A stretch of 43,817 bases of DNA, from positions 1-43,817 of the forward strand of contig JANQHR010000081.1 in NCBI GenBank assembly GCA_028282585.1, read 5' to 3'. The number at the start of each line of letters is the position of its first letter. Within the stretch, counting starts at the first letter, position 1. The position numbers and the translations under genes were made by a program. Source of the DNA: Bacteroidales bacterium. GTDB lineage: Bacteria > Bacteroidota > Bacteroidia > Bacteroidales > UBA12077. The notes under the pieces are model-generated. The model saw nothing but the letters and a program-made list of their open reading frames with translations, was not told the origin of the DNA and searched no databases. Of this stretch, positions 18,736 to 28,184 are shown in pieces.

Positions 18736-21700
18736 CTACGATTGTTTATAAATGGGAAAAGTAACATAAAACGTGGTTCCGATATCCATTTTTGTTTCGT
18801 ACCAGATATCACCTCCGGCATTTACAATAATATTTTTTACAATAGCTAAACCCAATCCCATTCCACTAGTTTTAGTTGTAAAATTAGGTATAAAAAGCTT
18901 TTCTCTTAATTCTTCTGGAACTCCTGAGCCGTTATCAGTAATACTAATTTTAACTTTATCCCTAATTTCCTCAACATTTATTTTTATAACTGCATTTCTT
19001 CCCTTTGGAACAGCTTGTATTCCATTCTGAATTAGGTTACTAAAAACAATTAAAACCTGTTCTTTATCCGCATAAACATACAACTCTTCAATACCATGAA
19101 AATCATTTTCAAACCTCACATTTTCAGTACTTTCTAATAAATTAATAGAGTCGGAAAGTTTGGCTATAATATTTACCTCTTCTGCTCTGGCTCTTGGCAT
19201 TTTTGCAAAATTTGAAAATTCAGTTGCAATGTTTGATAAATTATTTATTTGGCTAATAAGTGAATTAGAGAATTTTTCTAAACGTTTATCAAAATCCGGA
19301 ATTCCGTCATTCCAAGCTTTTTGCAAATACTGAACAGAAAGTTTCATTGGAGTAAGAGGATTTTTAATCTCATGAGCAATTTGTTTTGCCATTTCTCTCC
19401 AGGCAGATTCTCTTTCAGATTTTGCCAGTTTTTCTGCATTATCAGAAAGCTCACTTACCATTCTGTTATATTCACGAATTAAGCTACCGATTTCATCATT
19501 GCTTGCATAATCAATTGGTTCATTTTGTTTTCCCAGATCAATTGCACGAAAACGTTCCTGAATGAGCTCCAATGGTTTTGTAATATTATTTGAAACAAAA
19601 ATAGCTACTACTATAGACAATAAAATTAAAAAGAAATAAATATTGACCACCGCAACGACAATTGTATAAATTTCCTTTCTTAATTCGCTTTGTTTAGTAA
19701 AATAAGGTAAATTAAGATATGCCAGCAACTCGTTATCATCATTTTTAAACGGAACATAAGCCGAATAATAACTTAATTCGCCAATAGATTCTCTATGAAT
19801 ATATTTTCCGCTTTTATTTATTACCATTTGTTTGTAAGCATCGATATCCATTTTGTTACCCATGAGTCCTTTCTCAAACACCTGTGATCTTGAAGATGCC
19901 AGGAGATTTCCTTTTACATCATATAAATTAATATCTATATAAAATACGTTGGAAAACTTTGTGAGTAAATAGTTTAGATAATCGGAGTATTCTTCGTTTA
20001 ATTCAAATTCACCACCCAACTTATGCTCCATCTCTACCAGTACAGATTGTATCTTCTCACCTATACTTTCATATAAATTTCTTTCAAACTGATTAATATT
20101 ATAATATATAGTACCAAATCCGACAATTATAAGAGAAAGAAGCAAGACTCCTATCATCGAAAATTTGATCTTATTTTTAAAATCATAACTAAACCCCTTA
20201 ATATTATCAGGAAACCTTAACCCAAACATTATAAGAGTGTATAAGATATAATAAAAAACAAAAATGTAAGAGAATGAAGCCAAAATGTCAACAAATCTGG
20301 ATTTTGTATTACTTATAACAATTTTAGTAGATTCATCAATTCTATAAATCAAATGTTCATAATCTATGTCGCTTGTGAAAAAATACTCTTCATCGGCCCT
20401 CCAATAATCTGGAAATGACAATTGATATGAAAAATCCCCTGAACGAGTCATTAAGTCACCATTTTCATACTTAGCATATGAGTAATCGCTAAGAACAGTT
20501 GATTTTGTCATCCTGCTATCAAGTAATAATTCAGGGTACCCTAGTTCTTGACTAACTAATTTTGAATCAATATATATGTATAAGGAAACTTCGTTGTCCC
20601 ATCCAGGTTTATCATAGGTAAACTGACCAATATATCTGATAGAACCTCCTACTCCGCTTATAAAATAAAATCTGCTATTTGGAAGCTTGGTTCCTTCAGT
20701 TTCAAATAACTCTTTAAAAAAATCATAACAATGATAGATTTCAACACTGTTTTCTAATTCTAATGTTAAATCTTCTATTGGATTACAAAGTGTAATATCC
20801 AAGTCATATTTTCTAAAATAACCGCTAAAATATGTCATTTGAAGATGTTCTATAATAGCTCCTTTGTTTTGGTGATGCCAGGTAAGCAGATCTCGAACTA
20901 CAGTATCCTGTACAATCTCCAATTCAATGCTTTCCAATAACATTTCAGCAATTTGATCATGCTCATTTGCTAGATTTAAAGCCAGTACTTTCCGAGTTTC
21001 CTTATCTTTTCGATCGCTGGTTATAGTTATAAATATCACAGTATAAAGAGCAAAGACCAACAATACTAATATAAGTATAGGATATGTGTATGATTTTTTA
21101 TATAAACGAACAAAAGCGATATAAAACATTAAAACAGCATAAAAAAGCACAGTTAAAATATACTGTTGTAATGAAAAAATAAATACGATTACAACCAGTA
21201 CAATTAAGATAGGTATAAATAAAAAAGTAAAATCTTTTAAGCTTAAAGTGTTTCTTAAATACTTAAAGATTTTATCAATAAATAAAAATACAGAACCTAA
21301 AAGCAGGACTATAATTAAAAACCCAAACAAACTATAAATTGATAAATCAAAAAATTGATATACATCAAAATTAATGCTTGAATGTAATATCAAGCTTTCC
21401 AAATAAAAATGGATTAATGAAAAAAGAAAAATGGAGCAAAACAGAAATGAAAAAAACAGAGAATATTTGAAAATTATTTTTTTTGGGATCTTTAATTTAA
21501 AATCTATATAAAATATAAGAAATACTGAAAATACAAAAACCGCATGTAAAAGTAGGTCGCCAAGAGATGGAACCATCATTGAAATAGCAAAATGATGTGG
21601 TTTGAATAATTCTAATTGTCTAAATACGTTTGGGAAATGATATTCTAACATAAGGTACCTTAATAAGACAAGGAAAAACATTAGACCTAGAATTATAAAA

Positions 21701-22425
21701 TTTCGTAATCGATCATGCCTGATTCTGGAAATATAAACACGAAGCATTAAAAACATAAAAAGCAATGCTACCAGGTAAAATATCGAAGAGATATAAACAT
21801 TTGTCTTATTATAAATTAAGTTTGAGGTTAGTCTAAGAGAGAACAAATAATTATCGTAATGATCATTAATTTTAAAACCATCTGATTCCTCAAGTCCGAT
21901 ATCAACTGGAATCTCTATATTATAATCGGGAAAATACTCGCTCTTTATAAATTCATTCTGATATGAATATTCATTCTTAATAAGAATTAATCCGAACAAC
22001 TCATAATCATCTATATAGTTATGTCTTATTATAAACCATCCGTTTTTTAATTTTGCAACATCACTATACAATTGATTATCAACAAAATTATTTTCAACAG
22101 GCACTAAATTATCGGTCCAAAAAACCAGGGAATCCGCGGAATACCCTAAAAAAATTATCCCCTCTTCCTCATACATTTCATTTGAAACAAAATCCTGACG
22201 ATGCATTAACTCTTTTAATGTTAAAGAATCTAGATGAACCTCTATTTGGTTTAGTACATCATCAACTTTTTTAGTTTTTTCTTTGATCAGTTTCTGAACA
22301 CTTTTAAACTCCTCCGTTTCATCCGGTTGATATCTAATATTTTGCTCAAAAACCCATCCTAGAAAAAACATTAAAATGAATCCTATGATATACCTGTTTT
22401 TTATAATGAATTGAATAAATTTCAT
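18736..22425 (-). CDS. Multi-TM HAMP sensor histidine kinase (NtrY-like kinase core)
   Basis: AWREMAKQIAHEIKNPLTP H-box, NLIQNGIQA, DNGSG, FTTKTSGMGLGL, and HAMP motif DEIGSL. Confidence 0.92.
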   Translation of the reverse strand: MKFIQFIIKNRYIIGFILMFFLGWVFEQNIRYQPDETEEFKSVQKLIKEKTKKVDDVLNQIEVHLDSLTLKELMHRQDFVSNEMYEEEGIIFLGYSADSLVFWTDNLVPVENNFVDNQLYSDVAKLKNGWFIIRHNYIDDYELFGLILIKNEYSYQNEFIKSEYFPDYNIEIPVDIGLEESDGFKINDHYDNYLFSLRLTSNLIYNKTNVYISSIFYLVALLFMFLMLRVYISRIRHDRLRNFIILGLMFFLVLLRYLMLEYHFPNVFRQLELFKPHHFAISMMVPSLGDLLLHAVFVFSVFLIFYIDFKLKIPKKIIFKYSLFFSFLFCSIFLFSLIHFYLESLILHSSINFDVYQFFDLSIYSLFGFLIIVLLLGSVFLFIDKIFKYLRNTLSLKDFTFLFIPILIVLVVIVFIFSLQQYILTVLFYAVLMFYIAFVRLYKKSYTYPILILVLLVFALYTVIFITITSDRKDKETRKVLALNLANEHDQIAEMLLESIELEIVQDTVVRDLLTWHHQNKGAIIEHLQMTYFSGYFRKYDLDITLCNPIEDLTLELENSVEIYHCYDFFKELFETEGTKLPNSRFYFISGVGGSIRYIGQFTYDKPGWDNEVSLYIYIDSKLVSQELGYPELLLDSRMTKSTVLSDYSYAKYENGDLMTRSGDFSYQLSFPDYWRADEEYFFTSDIDYEHLIYRIDESTKIVISNTKSRFVDILASFSYIFVFYYILYTLIMFGLRFPDNIKGFSYDFKNKIKFSMIGVLLLSLIIVGFGTIYYNINQFERNLYESIGEKIQSVLVEMEHKLGGEFELNEEYSDYLNYLLTKFSNVFYIDINLYDVKGNLLASSRSQVFEKGLMGNKMDIDAYKQMVINKSGKYIHRESIGELSYYSAYVPFKNDDNELLAYLNLPYFTKQSELRKEIYTIVVAVVNIYFFLILLSIVVAIFVSNNITKPLELIQERFRAIDLGKQNEPIDYASNDEIGSLIREYNRMVSELSDNAEKLAKSERESAWREMAKQIAHEIKNPLTPMKLSVQYLQKAWNDGIPDFDKRLEKFSNSLISQINNLSNIATEFSNFAKMPRARAEEVNIIAKLSDSINLLESTENVRFENDFHGIEELYVYADKEQVLIVFSNLIQNGIQAVPKGRNAVIKINVEEIRDKVKISITDNGSGVPEELREKLFIPNFTTKTSGMGLGLAIVKNIIVNAGGDIWYETKMDIGTTFYVTFPIYKQS

Positions 22426-22472
22426 ATTTCTGTTTACAATAAAACGTAAAGTAGTAAATATAATTTCTTTTT

Positions 22473-22946
22473 TTAAATATGATGATAAGGTTCGCCTTTT
22501 ATGATACTCATAGCTCGGTATAACTGTTCAACAAAAATTAAACGGACCATTTGATGAGAAAATGTCATCTTTGATAATGAAATTTTAATATTTCCTTTTT
22601 CATGAACTTGTTTTGAAAAACCGTAAGGTCCCCCAACAATAAAAACCAAGTTCTTTAACCCCGTAATCATTTGCTTTTCAATGAATCTTGAAAAATCAAC
22701 GGAAGAAAACCCTTTACCCTTTTCATCCAGCAAAACCACAAAATCTCCAGAATTTAGCCGATTTAAAATTAGCTCCCCTTCTTTTTTCTTTTGCTGCTCT
22801 TCAGATAGATTTTTAGTATTTTTTAAATCGGTAATAATGATAAAATCGAAGGACAAATAATGCTTTAACCTATTAACGTATTTTTCAATACCCTGCTTTA
22901 AATAACTCTCGTCTGTTTTACCAATTAACAAAAGTTTAATTTTCAT
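22473..22946 (-). CDS. rlmH: 23S rRNA m3Psi1915 methyltransferase RlmH
   Basis: LDEKGK, FIVGGPYGF, SLSKMTFSHQMVRL..EQLYRA and PYHH motifs. Confidence 0.97.
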   Translation of the reverse strand: MKIKLLLIGKTDESYLKQGIEKYVNRLKHYLSFDFIIITDLKNTKNLSEEQQKKKEGELILNRLNSGDFVVLLDEKGKGFSSVDFSRFIEKQMITGLKNLVFIVGGPYGFSKQVHEKGNIKISLSKMTFSHQMVRLIFVEQLYRAMSIIKGEPYHHI

Positions 22947-23017
22947 ATGGAAAATTCAGTTTTTTTATTTGTCTTTTTTTTTTAATTTTCGCAAAATAAA
23001 TCACTAAATTGTAAGAA

Positions 23018-23061
23018 TTGGCACAATTTATGGTTTATTATTTGCGACAACATATCGCAAA
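23018..23061 (+). promoter_or_regulatory. Possible sigma54-like promoter and adjacent palindrome
   Basis: TTGGCAC-AATTT-ATGG (23018-23033); tttgcga-N7-tcgcaaa perfect inverted repeat (23041-23061). Confidence 0.3.
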
Positions 23062-23077
23062 CTTAAGAAGATTTAAA

Positions 23078-23485
23078 ATGAAAACCTTGAAAAAAGCGTT
23101 ACCATTAGTTATTCTATTCTCATTTGTTTTCAACTCAGGAGCCTTTACTTTAAATGAAGAGGTCCCACGTGATATAGCAATAGCTTTTCGGGTTGGAAAT
23201 GCAGAAGTACTTGCTCGCTATTTTAATAATACAATTGAACTAGTGCTTTTGGATACGGAAGATGTTTATAGCAAAGTTCAAGCAGAACAGATAGTAGATA
23301 ATTTCTTTATTGAATACTTTCCAAAAAACTTTGAATTTATACACCAAGGAGGAAAAGGAGAATCTAAATTTGCGATAGGTAAACTTGAAACTTTTAATGG
23401 TACTTTTCGGGTAACAATTTTAATAAAACAAGAAGGGGAAAAACAGCTTATACATCAACTCAGAATTGAAACTGAAAATGAATAA
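23078..23485 (+). CDS. DUF4783 family protein
   Basis: Signal peptide from MKTLKK (ATG 23078); AF..GNA..LA.YF..IEL, YSK.QAE, and IHQLRIE C-terminus. Confidence 0.8.
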   Translation: MKTLKKALPLVILFSFVFNSGAFTLNEEVPRDIAIAFRVGNAEVLARYFNNTIELVLLDTEDVYSKVQAEQIVDNFFIEYFPKNFEFIHQGGKGESKFAIGKLETFNGTFRVTILIKQEGEKQLIHQLRIETENE

Positions 23486-24320
23486 CAAATTTCTTGATGA
23501 TCTAATAAAAATTGCAATTGCAGAAGATATTGGTGATGGCGACCATTCATCTCTTTCATGTATTCCGGCAACCGCAAAAGGTAAGGCCCAGCTCTTAATT
23601 AAACAAAAAGGCATTTTAGCAGGAATGGAAGTTGCAAAAAAAGTCTTTAATAAAATTGACTCTTCTTTAAGTTTTGAACAATTTCTTTTTAATGGAAATG
23701 AAATTAACCCAGGCGATAGAGCTTTTATAGTAGAAGGTAAAATTCAGTCAATTTTGCAAGCTGAACGACTAGTACTTAATATTATGCAAAGAATGAGCGG
23801 TATTGCAACAACAACAAAAATGTACGCTGATAAACTTGCAGGCACAAAAGCTAAAATCCTTGATACAAGAAAAACTACACCAGGATTAAGGTACTTAGAG
23901 AAGCTAGCTGTTAAAATAGGAGGTGGAGAAAATCACAGAATGGGTTTATACGATATGATCATGCTTAAAGATAATCATGTTGATTTTGCCGGAGGAATTG
24001 AAGCTGCTATTACAAAAGCAAACGAATACCTGGAAAATAGTAATAAAGATCTAAAGATTGAAATTGAAGCTCGAAATTTAACAGAGGTAAAAGCCATAAT
24101 AAATTTTGGCGGTGTTGATCGAATCATGCTAGATAATTTTAATTATGATGATACAAGGGAAGCAGTTAAGTTAATTAATGGACGATTTGAAACCGAATCT
24201 TCCGGAGGAATTACCTTAGATACTATTAGAGAATATGCTGAATGTGGCATTGACTATATATCCGTAGGAGCTTTAACTCATCAAATAAAAAGTTTGGATA
24301 TGAGCTTAAAAGCTATTTAA
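23478..24320 (+). CDS. nadC: Quinolinate phosphoribosyltransferase
   Basis: DTRKTTPGLR, HRMGLYD, LKDNH, MLDN, ESSGGI and SVGALTH motifs; ATG 23478 overlaps the upstream stop. Confidence 0.97.
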   Translation: MNNKFLDDLIKIAIAEDIGDGDHSSLSCIPATAKGKAQLLIKQKGILAGMEVAKKVFNKIDSSLSFEQFLFNGNEINPGDRAFIVEGKIQSILQAERLVLNIMQRMSGIATTTKMYADKLAGTKAKILDTRKTTPGLRYLEKLAVKIGGGENHRMGLYDMIMLKDNHVDFAGGIEAAITKANEYLENSNKDLKIEIEARNLTEVKAIINFGGVDRIMLDNFNYDDTREAVKLINGRFETESSGGITLDTIREYAECGIDYISVGALTHQIKSLDMSLKAI

Positions 24321-24351
24321 TTTACGGTAGTGAATTAAGTAAATATTCAAA

Positions 24352-25284
24352 ATGCCTGAAATTAATAGAAGTAATTCCTTTTTAAAGAATAGAATCAGAA
24401 AATTTAAAGATTGGGGCAAAAAAGTTTCTATACCTGGCTTTGATAGAGTTCCTATTTATTATGTGGTTAAGTTCTTTATTTCCGGTGCTAAAAATGGATA
24501 TTTAGCAACCCGAGCCTCTGCAATTGCATTTAATTTTGCCTTGGCTATTTTCCCAACTATGCTATTTATTTTTACTCTAATCCCATTTATACCGGTAAGA
24601 AATTTACAAATTGAACTATTAGAGTTAATGCAAGATTTTTTACCGCAAAATGCATTTCAATATTTTGAGTCAACATTAATTTCTGTTGTAACGGTTAAAA
24701 AAATTGGTATTTTTTCATTCGGGGCATTAGCAAGTCTTATATTTTCCACCAATGCAGTGCACGCTCTTATTCAGGCGTTTAACAATACATATCATAACAT
24801 TGACACTCGTAACTGGACCGCGATAAGGATTGTATCAACATTTTTGGTTTTCACTATATTTATTCTCATAGCGACATCGGTTTTATTAATTACATTCGGT
24901 CAATTTTTTCTTCAAAAACTAGTGGAAGCAGAAATACTGCAAATGAACATCATATATTATCTCATTACTATTACTAAATGGGTTGTGATTTTTGCATTAT
25001 TCTTTTTTTCTATTTCGTTTTTATATTATTTTGCCCCTGCAAAAAAATCCGAATGGAAATTTATGTCATCAGGGTCAACTCTTGCAACAATTTTAGCACT
25101 TTTATCTTCGTTAGGTTTTTCGTATTTTGTAAACAATTTTGGGCAGTACAATAAATTATATGGCTCCATCGGAACAATTATGGTTGTATTATTATGGTTA
25201 TATCTTAACTCCTTTGCTCTAATACTGGGTTTCGAGTTGAATGCCAGTATAAACAATGCTCGACTTGAAAATAAGTCAATTTAA
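24352..25284 (+). CDS. YihY/virulence factor BrkB family membrane protein
   Basis: RASAIAFNFALAIFP, YNKLYGSIG and LGFELNA motifs. Confidence 0.92.
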   Translation: MPEINRSNSFLKNRIRKFKDWGKKVSIPGFDRVPIYYVVKFFISGAKNGYLATRASAIAFNFALAIFPTMLFIFTLIPFIPVRNLQIELLELMQDFLPQNAFQYFESTLISVVTVKKIGIFSFGALASLIFSTNAVHALIQAFNNTYHNIDTRNWTAIRIVSTFLVFTIFILIATSVLLITFGQFFLQKLVEAEILQMNIIYYLITITKWVVIFALFFFSISFLYYFAPAKKSEWKFMSSGSTLATILALLSSLGFSYFVNNFGQYNKLYGSIGTIMVVLLWLYLNSFALILGFELNASINNARLENKSI

Positions 25285-25294
25285 ATGCTTTGAT

Positions 25295-25936
25295 ATGGAT
25301 AAAAATTACGACAAAATAAGAAATGAATACAGGCAAAAACCATTTGGTAAAAAAATTGCAGAACGTGATCCGTTTAAGCAATTCAGTGACTGGATGGATA
25401 TAGCTATGGATTCTGGAATTAAAGAGCCAACTGCGATGGTTTTAGCAACTGTTGGTAAAAATATGCAACCTTCGAACAGAATGGTTTTATTAAAAGAAAT
25501 AAGAAATAATACTTTTATTTTTTACACCAACTATGATAGTAAAAAAGGTCAACAGATTGACGAAAACCACTTTGGAAGTCTCCTCTTCTTTTGGTCTGAG
25601 CTAGAAAAACAAATTCGTATTGAAGGTAGAATAGAGAAAACTCCAAAGGAAATATCAGAAGAATATTACTTAACCAGATCAGCTAAAAGAAGGATCGGAG
25701 CATGGGCCTCTCCTCAAAGCAAAGAAATTCCCAATCGAAAATTTCTTGAGGATAAACAAGCTGAGTTTGAAAAGAAGTTTGAAGGAAAACCAATTCAAAA
25801 ACCTTATAATTGGGGTGGATATATGCTTATACCGTATACCATTGAATTTTGGCAAGGCAGACCAAATCGATTGCATGATCGAATTGAATATTATTTAGAT
25901 GATAATGAATGGAAAATAAGAAGACTTGCACCTTAG
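25295..25936 (+). CDS. pdxH: Pyridoxamine 5'-phosphate oxidase
   Basis: RMVLLK, FYTNYDSKKG, GAWASPQS, EFWQGRPNRLHDR and RLAP motifs; start placed at ATG 25295. Confidence 0.97.
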   Translation: MDKNYDKIRNEYRQKPFGKKIAERDPFKQFSDWMDIAMDSGIKEPTAMVLATVGKNMQPSNRMVLLKEIRNNTFIFYTNYDSKKGQQIDENHFGSLLFFWSELEKQIRIEGRIEKTPKEISEEYYLTRSAKRRIGAWASPQSKEIPNRKFLEDKQAEFEKKFEGKPIQKPYNWGGYMLIPYTIEFWQGRPNRLHDRIEYYLDDNEWKIRRLAP

Positions 25937-25957
25937 TAACTTTTAAAATTTCAGAAA

Positions 25958-28138
25958 ATTAACAATCAAACTCAAAATAATATACCCAAACTAAATACTT
26001 TTGGTGGAGTATTTACGCCTTCCCTTTTAACTATTTTAGGCGTAATAATGTACTTACGTTTTGGATGGGTTGTTGGCAATGTTGGATTAACAGGTACCTT
26101 AATCATTGTTACTCTTTCAACCTCAATTACTTTTTTAACCGCACTTTCAATTGCCGCAATTGCAACTAATGCACCAGTTAAAGGTGGAGGTGCTTACTTT
26201 TTAATTAGTCGATCTTTAGGTATAGAGATTGGCGGAGCTATTGGAATACCTTTATTTCTTGCACAAGCTTTTTCTGTAGCACTCTATATAATTGGTTTTT
26301 CAGAAAGTATAGTTGCCATTTTTCCCGGTGTTGATATAAAGCTAATTGGTATTATTACAACCATACTTCTTGGAACTCTTTCTTTATTTTCGACCAAAGC
26401 CGCTATTCGTGCACAATTTATTATTTTAGGTGTTATTGCATTATCATTATTATCACTTACGTTTGGAAGACCTATAGAAAATACAGATGTTCAATTGTGG
26501 GAAGTGCCTGCATCAAGTGCCGAAAATTTCTGGAAAGTATTTGCAGTATTCTTCCCTGCTGTTACTGGTATTATGGCAGGAGTGAATATGTCAGGCGATC
26601 TTAAAAACCCATCAAAGTCGATCCCCAAAGGAACATTCCTGGCAATTGGTGTTGGTTTTGTAATTTATATGGTTTTACCAATTATCCTTGCAAGCAGAGC
26701 TGACACAAAGACTCTGGTTGAAAATCCTATGATAATGCAAAAAATTGCTTTCTGGGGTGGAGCTATTCTATTAGGAGTTTGGGGTGCCACTCTTTCTAGT
26801 GCAGTTGGTAGTTTATTAGGAGCTCCAAGGGTTTTACAAGCTTTAACAAACGACAATGTTATACCCCGGCAATTTTCGTTTTTAGGGAAAGGTTCAGGAA
26901 AGGAGCAAATCCCTCGAGCTGCAACAATCTTTACGATCATTTTAACATTAATACTAGTTTACCTGGGAAATTTAAACACCATTGCTCCTATTCTTACTAT
27001 GTTTTTTTTAACTACATATGGTATTTTAAATATTACGGCGGGTATTGAAAAGTTAGTAGAGAGTCCATCATTTAGACCAAAGTTCAAAGTTCACTGGGTT
27101 TTTTCATTGTTAGGAACAGTTGGATGTTTTGCAGTTATGTTCTTAATAAATCCAATCGCAACAATTATTGCAATATTATTTATTAGTGTTGTTTACACAT
27201 GGCTTAGAAGAAGAAACCTAAAAACGACATGGGGGGATGTGCGAAGTGGAATGCTTTTACAAATTATCAGGTATGCTCTATTACGATTAGAAAAAGACAT
27301 TAATCCAAAAAGTTGGCGACCAAATATTTTAGTTCTTTCGGGCTCTTTATCAAAAAGATGGCATTTAATAGATTACGCAAACGGAATAACTCAGGAAAAA
27401 GGACTATTTACTATAGCAACAATTCTTTCCGAAAAAGAAGTACCCCAGGAAAAGATAAATGATTTTGAACAACGAATTATTGACTATATTAACAATAAGA
27501 AAATTCGTGCACTTGTAAGGGTTACGCGTGCCGAGAACATATTTCCCGGCGCAATTCAACTAGTTAATTCATACGGACTTGGGCCACTCGTCCCTAATAC
27601 AATATTACTCGGGGAATCGAAAGTTGATGATCATAAAAAAGAATATGCTGATATGATTAATCATTTCTTCAAATCGAAACGAAATATTATCATCATGCAA
27701 GATTTTGTTTCTAAGGATTTTAGGAATAAAAAAGTAGTTGATATTTGGTGGGGTGGTTTAAAAGGTAACGGAGGACTAATGATGATTCTTGGATATTTAA
27801 TGCATAACAGCCCATACTGGAGAGATATCCAAATAAATATAAAAATGCTTGTAAAAACCGAAGATGCAGCCAAGCTTGCTCAAAAAAACCTAACTAACCT
27901 GTTATCAGGAATGCGGGTAAACTTTAGAACAAAAGTACTGGTATCTAAAAACGAATCATTCTGGAATATTCTTAAAATTGAATCTTCCAATTCTGATTTG
28001 GTAATGCTTGGATTAAAAACTCCCGATGATAACTTCGCAAAATATTTTGATAGCTTGAAGGAAAATACCAAAAGTTTGAAAAGGAAGATTTTCGTTCTTG
28101 CGTCCCAAGACATCGAATTCAAAGATGTACTAAATTAA
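25958..28138 (+). CDS. SLC12/cation-chloride cotransporter-like APC permease (start uncertain, probably non-AUG)
   Basis: In-frame KLNTFGGVFTPSLLTILGVI precedes the annotated Met at 26048. Also GGGAYFLISRSLG.EIGG, FFPAVTGIMAG.NMSGDL, WRPNILV, GLGPLVPNT and DIWW motifs. Confidence 0.85.
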   Translation: MNNQTQNNIPKLNTFGGVFTPSLLTILGVIMYLRFGWVVGNVGLTGTLIIVTLSTSITFLTALSIAAIATNAPVKGGGAYFLISRSLGIEIGGAIGIPLFLAQAFSVALYIIGFSESIVAIFPGVDIKLIGIITTILLGTLSLFSTKAAIRAQFIILGVIALSLLSLTFGRPIENTDVQLWEVPASSAENFWKVFAVFFPAVTGIMAGVNMSGDLKNPSKSIPKGTFLAIGVGFVIYMVLPIILASRADTKTLVENPMIMQKIAFWGGAILLGVWGATLSSAVGSLLGAPRVLQALTNDNVIPRQFSFLGKGSGKEQIPRAATIFTIILTLILVYLGNLNTIAPILTMFFLTTYGILNITAGIEKLVESPSFRPKFKVHWVFSLLGTVGCFAVMFLINPIATIIAILFISVVYTWLRRRNLKTTWGDVRSGMLLQIIRYALLRLEKDINPKSWRPNILVLSGSLSKRWHLIDYANGITQEKGLFTIATILSEKEVPQEKINDFEQRIIDYINNKKIRALVRVTRAENIFPGAIQLVNSYGLGPLVPNTILLGESKVDDHKKEYADMINHFFKSKRNIIIMQDFVSKDFRNKKVVDIWWGGLKGNGGLMMILGYLMHNSPYWRDIQINIKMLVKTEDAAKLAQKNLTNLLSGMRVNFRTKVLVSKNESFWNILKIESSNSDLVMLGLKTPDDNFAKYFDSLKENTKSLKRKIFVLASQDIEFKDVLN

Positions 28139-28164
28139 AAAAGCGCACTTAAAAAGTACGCTTT
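28137..28164 (-). terminator. Intrinsic terminator between convergent permease and glnA-like gene
   Basis: Minus strand aaagcgtactt-ttt-aagtgcgcttt followed by a T run. Confidence 0.6.
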
Positions 28165-28184
28165 AGATTTTATAATTGGCAAGT

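Noticed and set aside
25295-28138. pdxH-transporter fusion by stop readthrough
   Set aside because: The genes share a frame but are separated by tandem stops TAG-TAA, and PdxH ends at its normal RLAP terminus.
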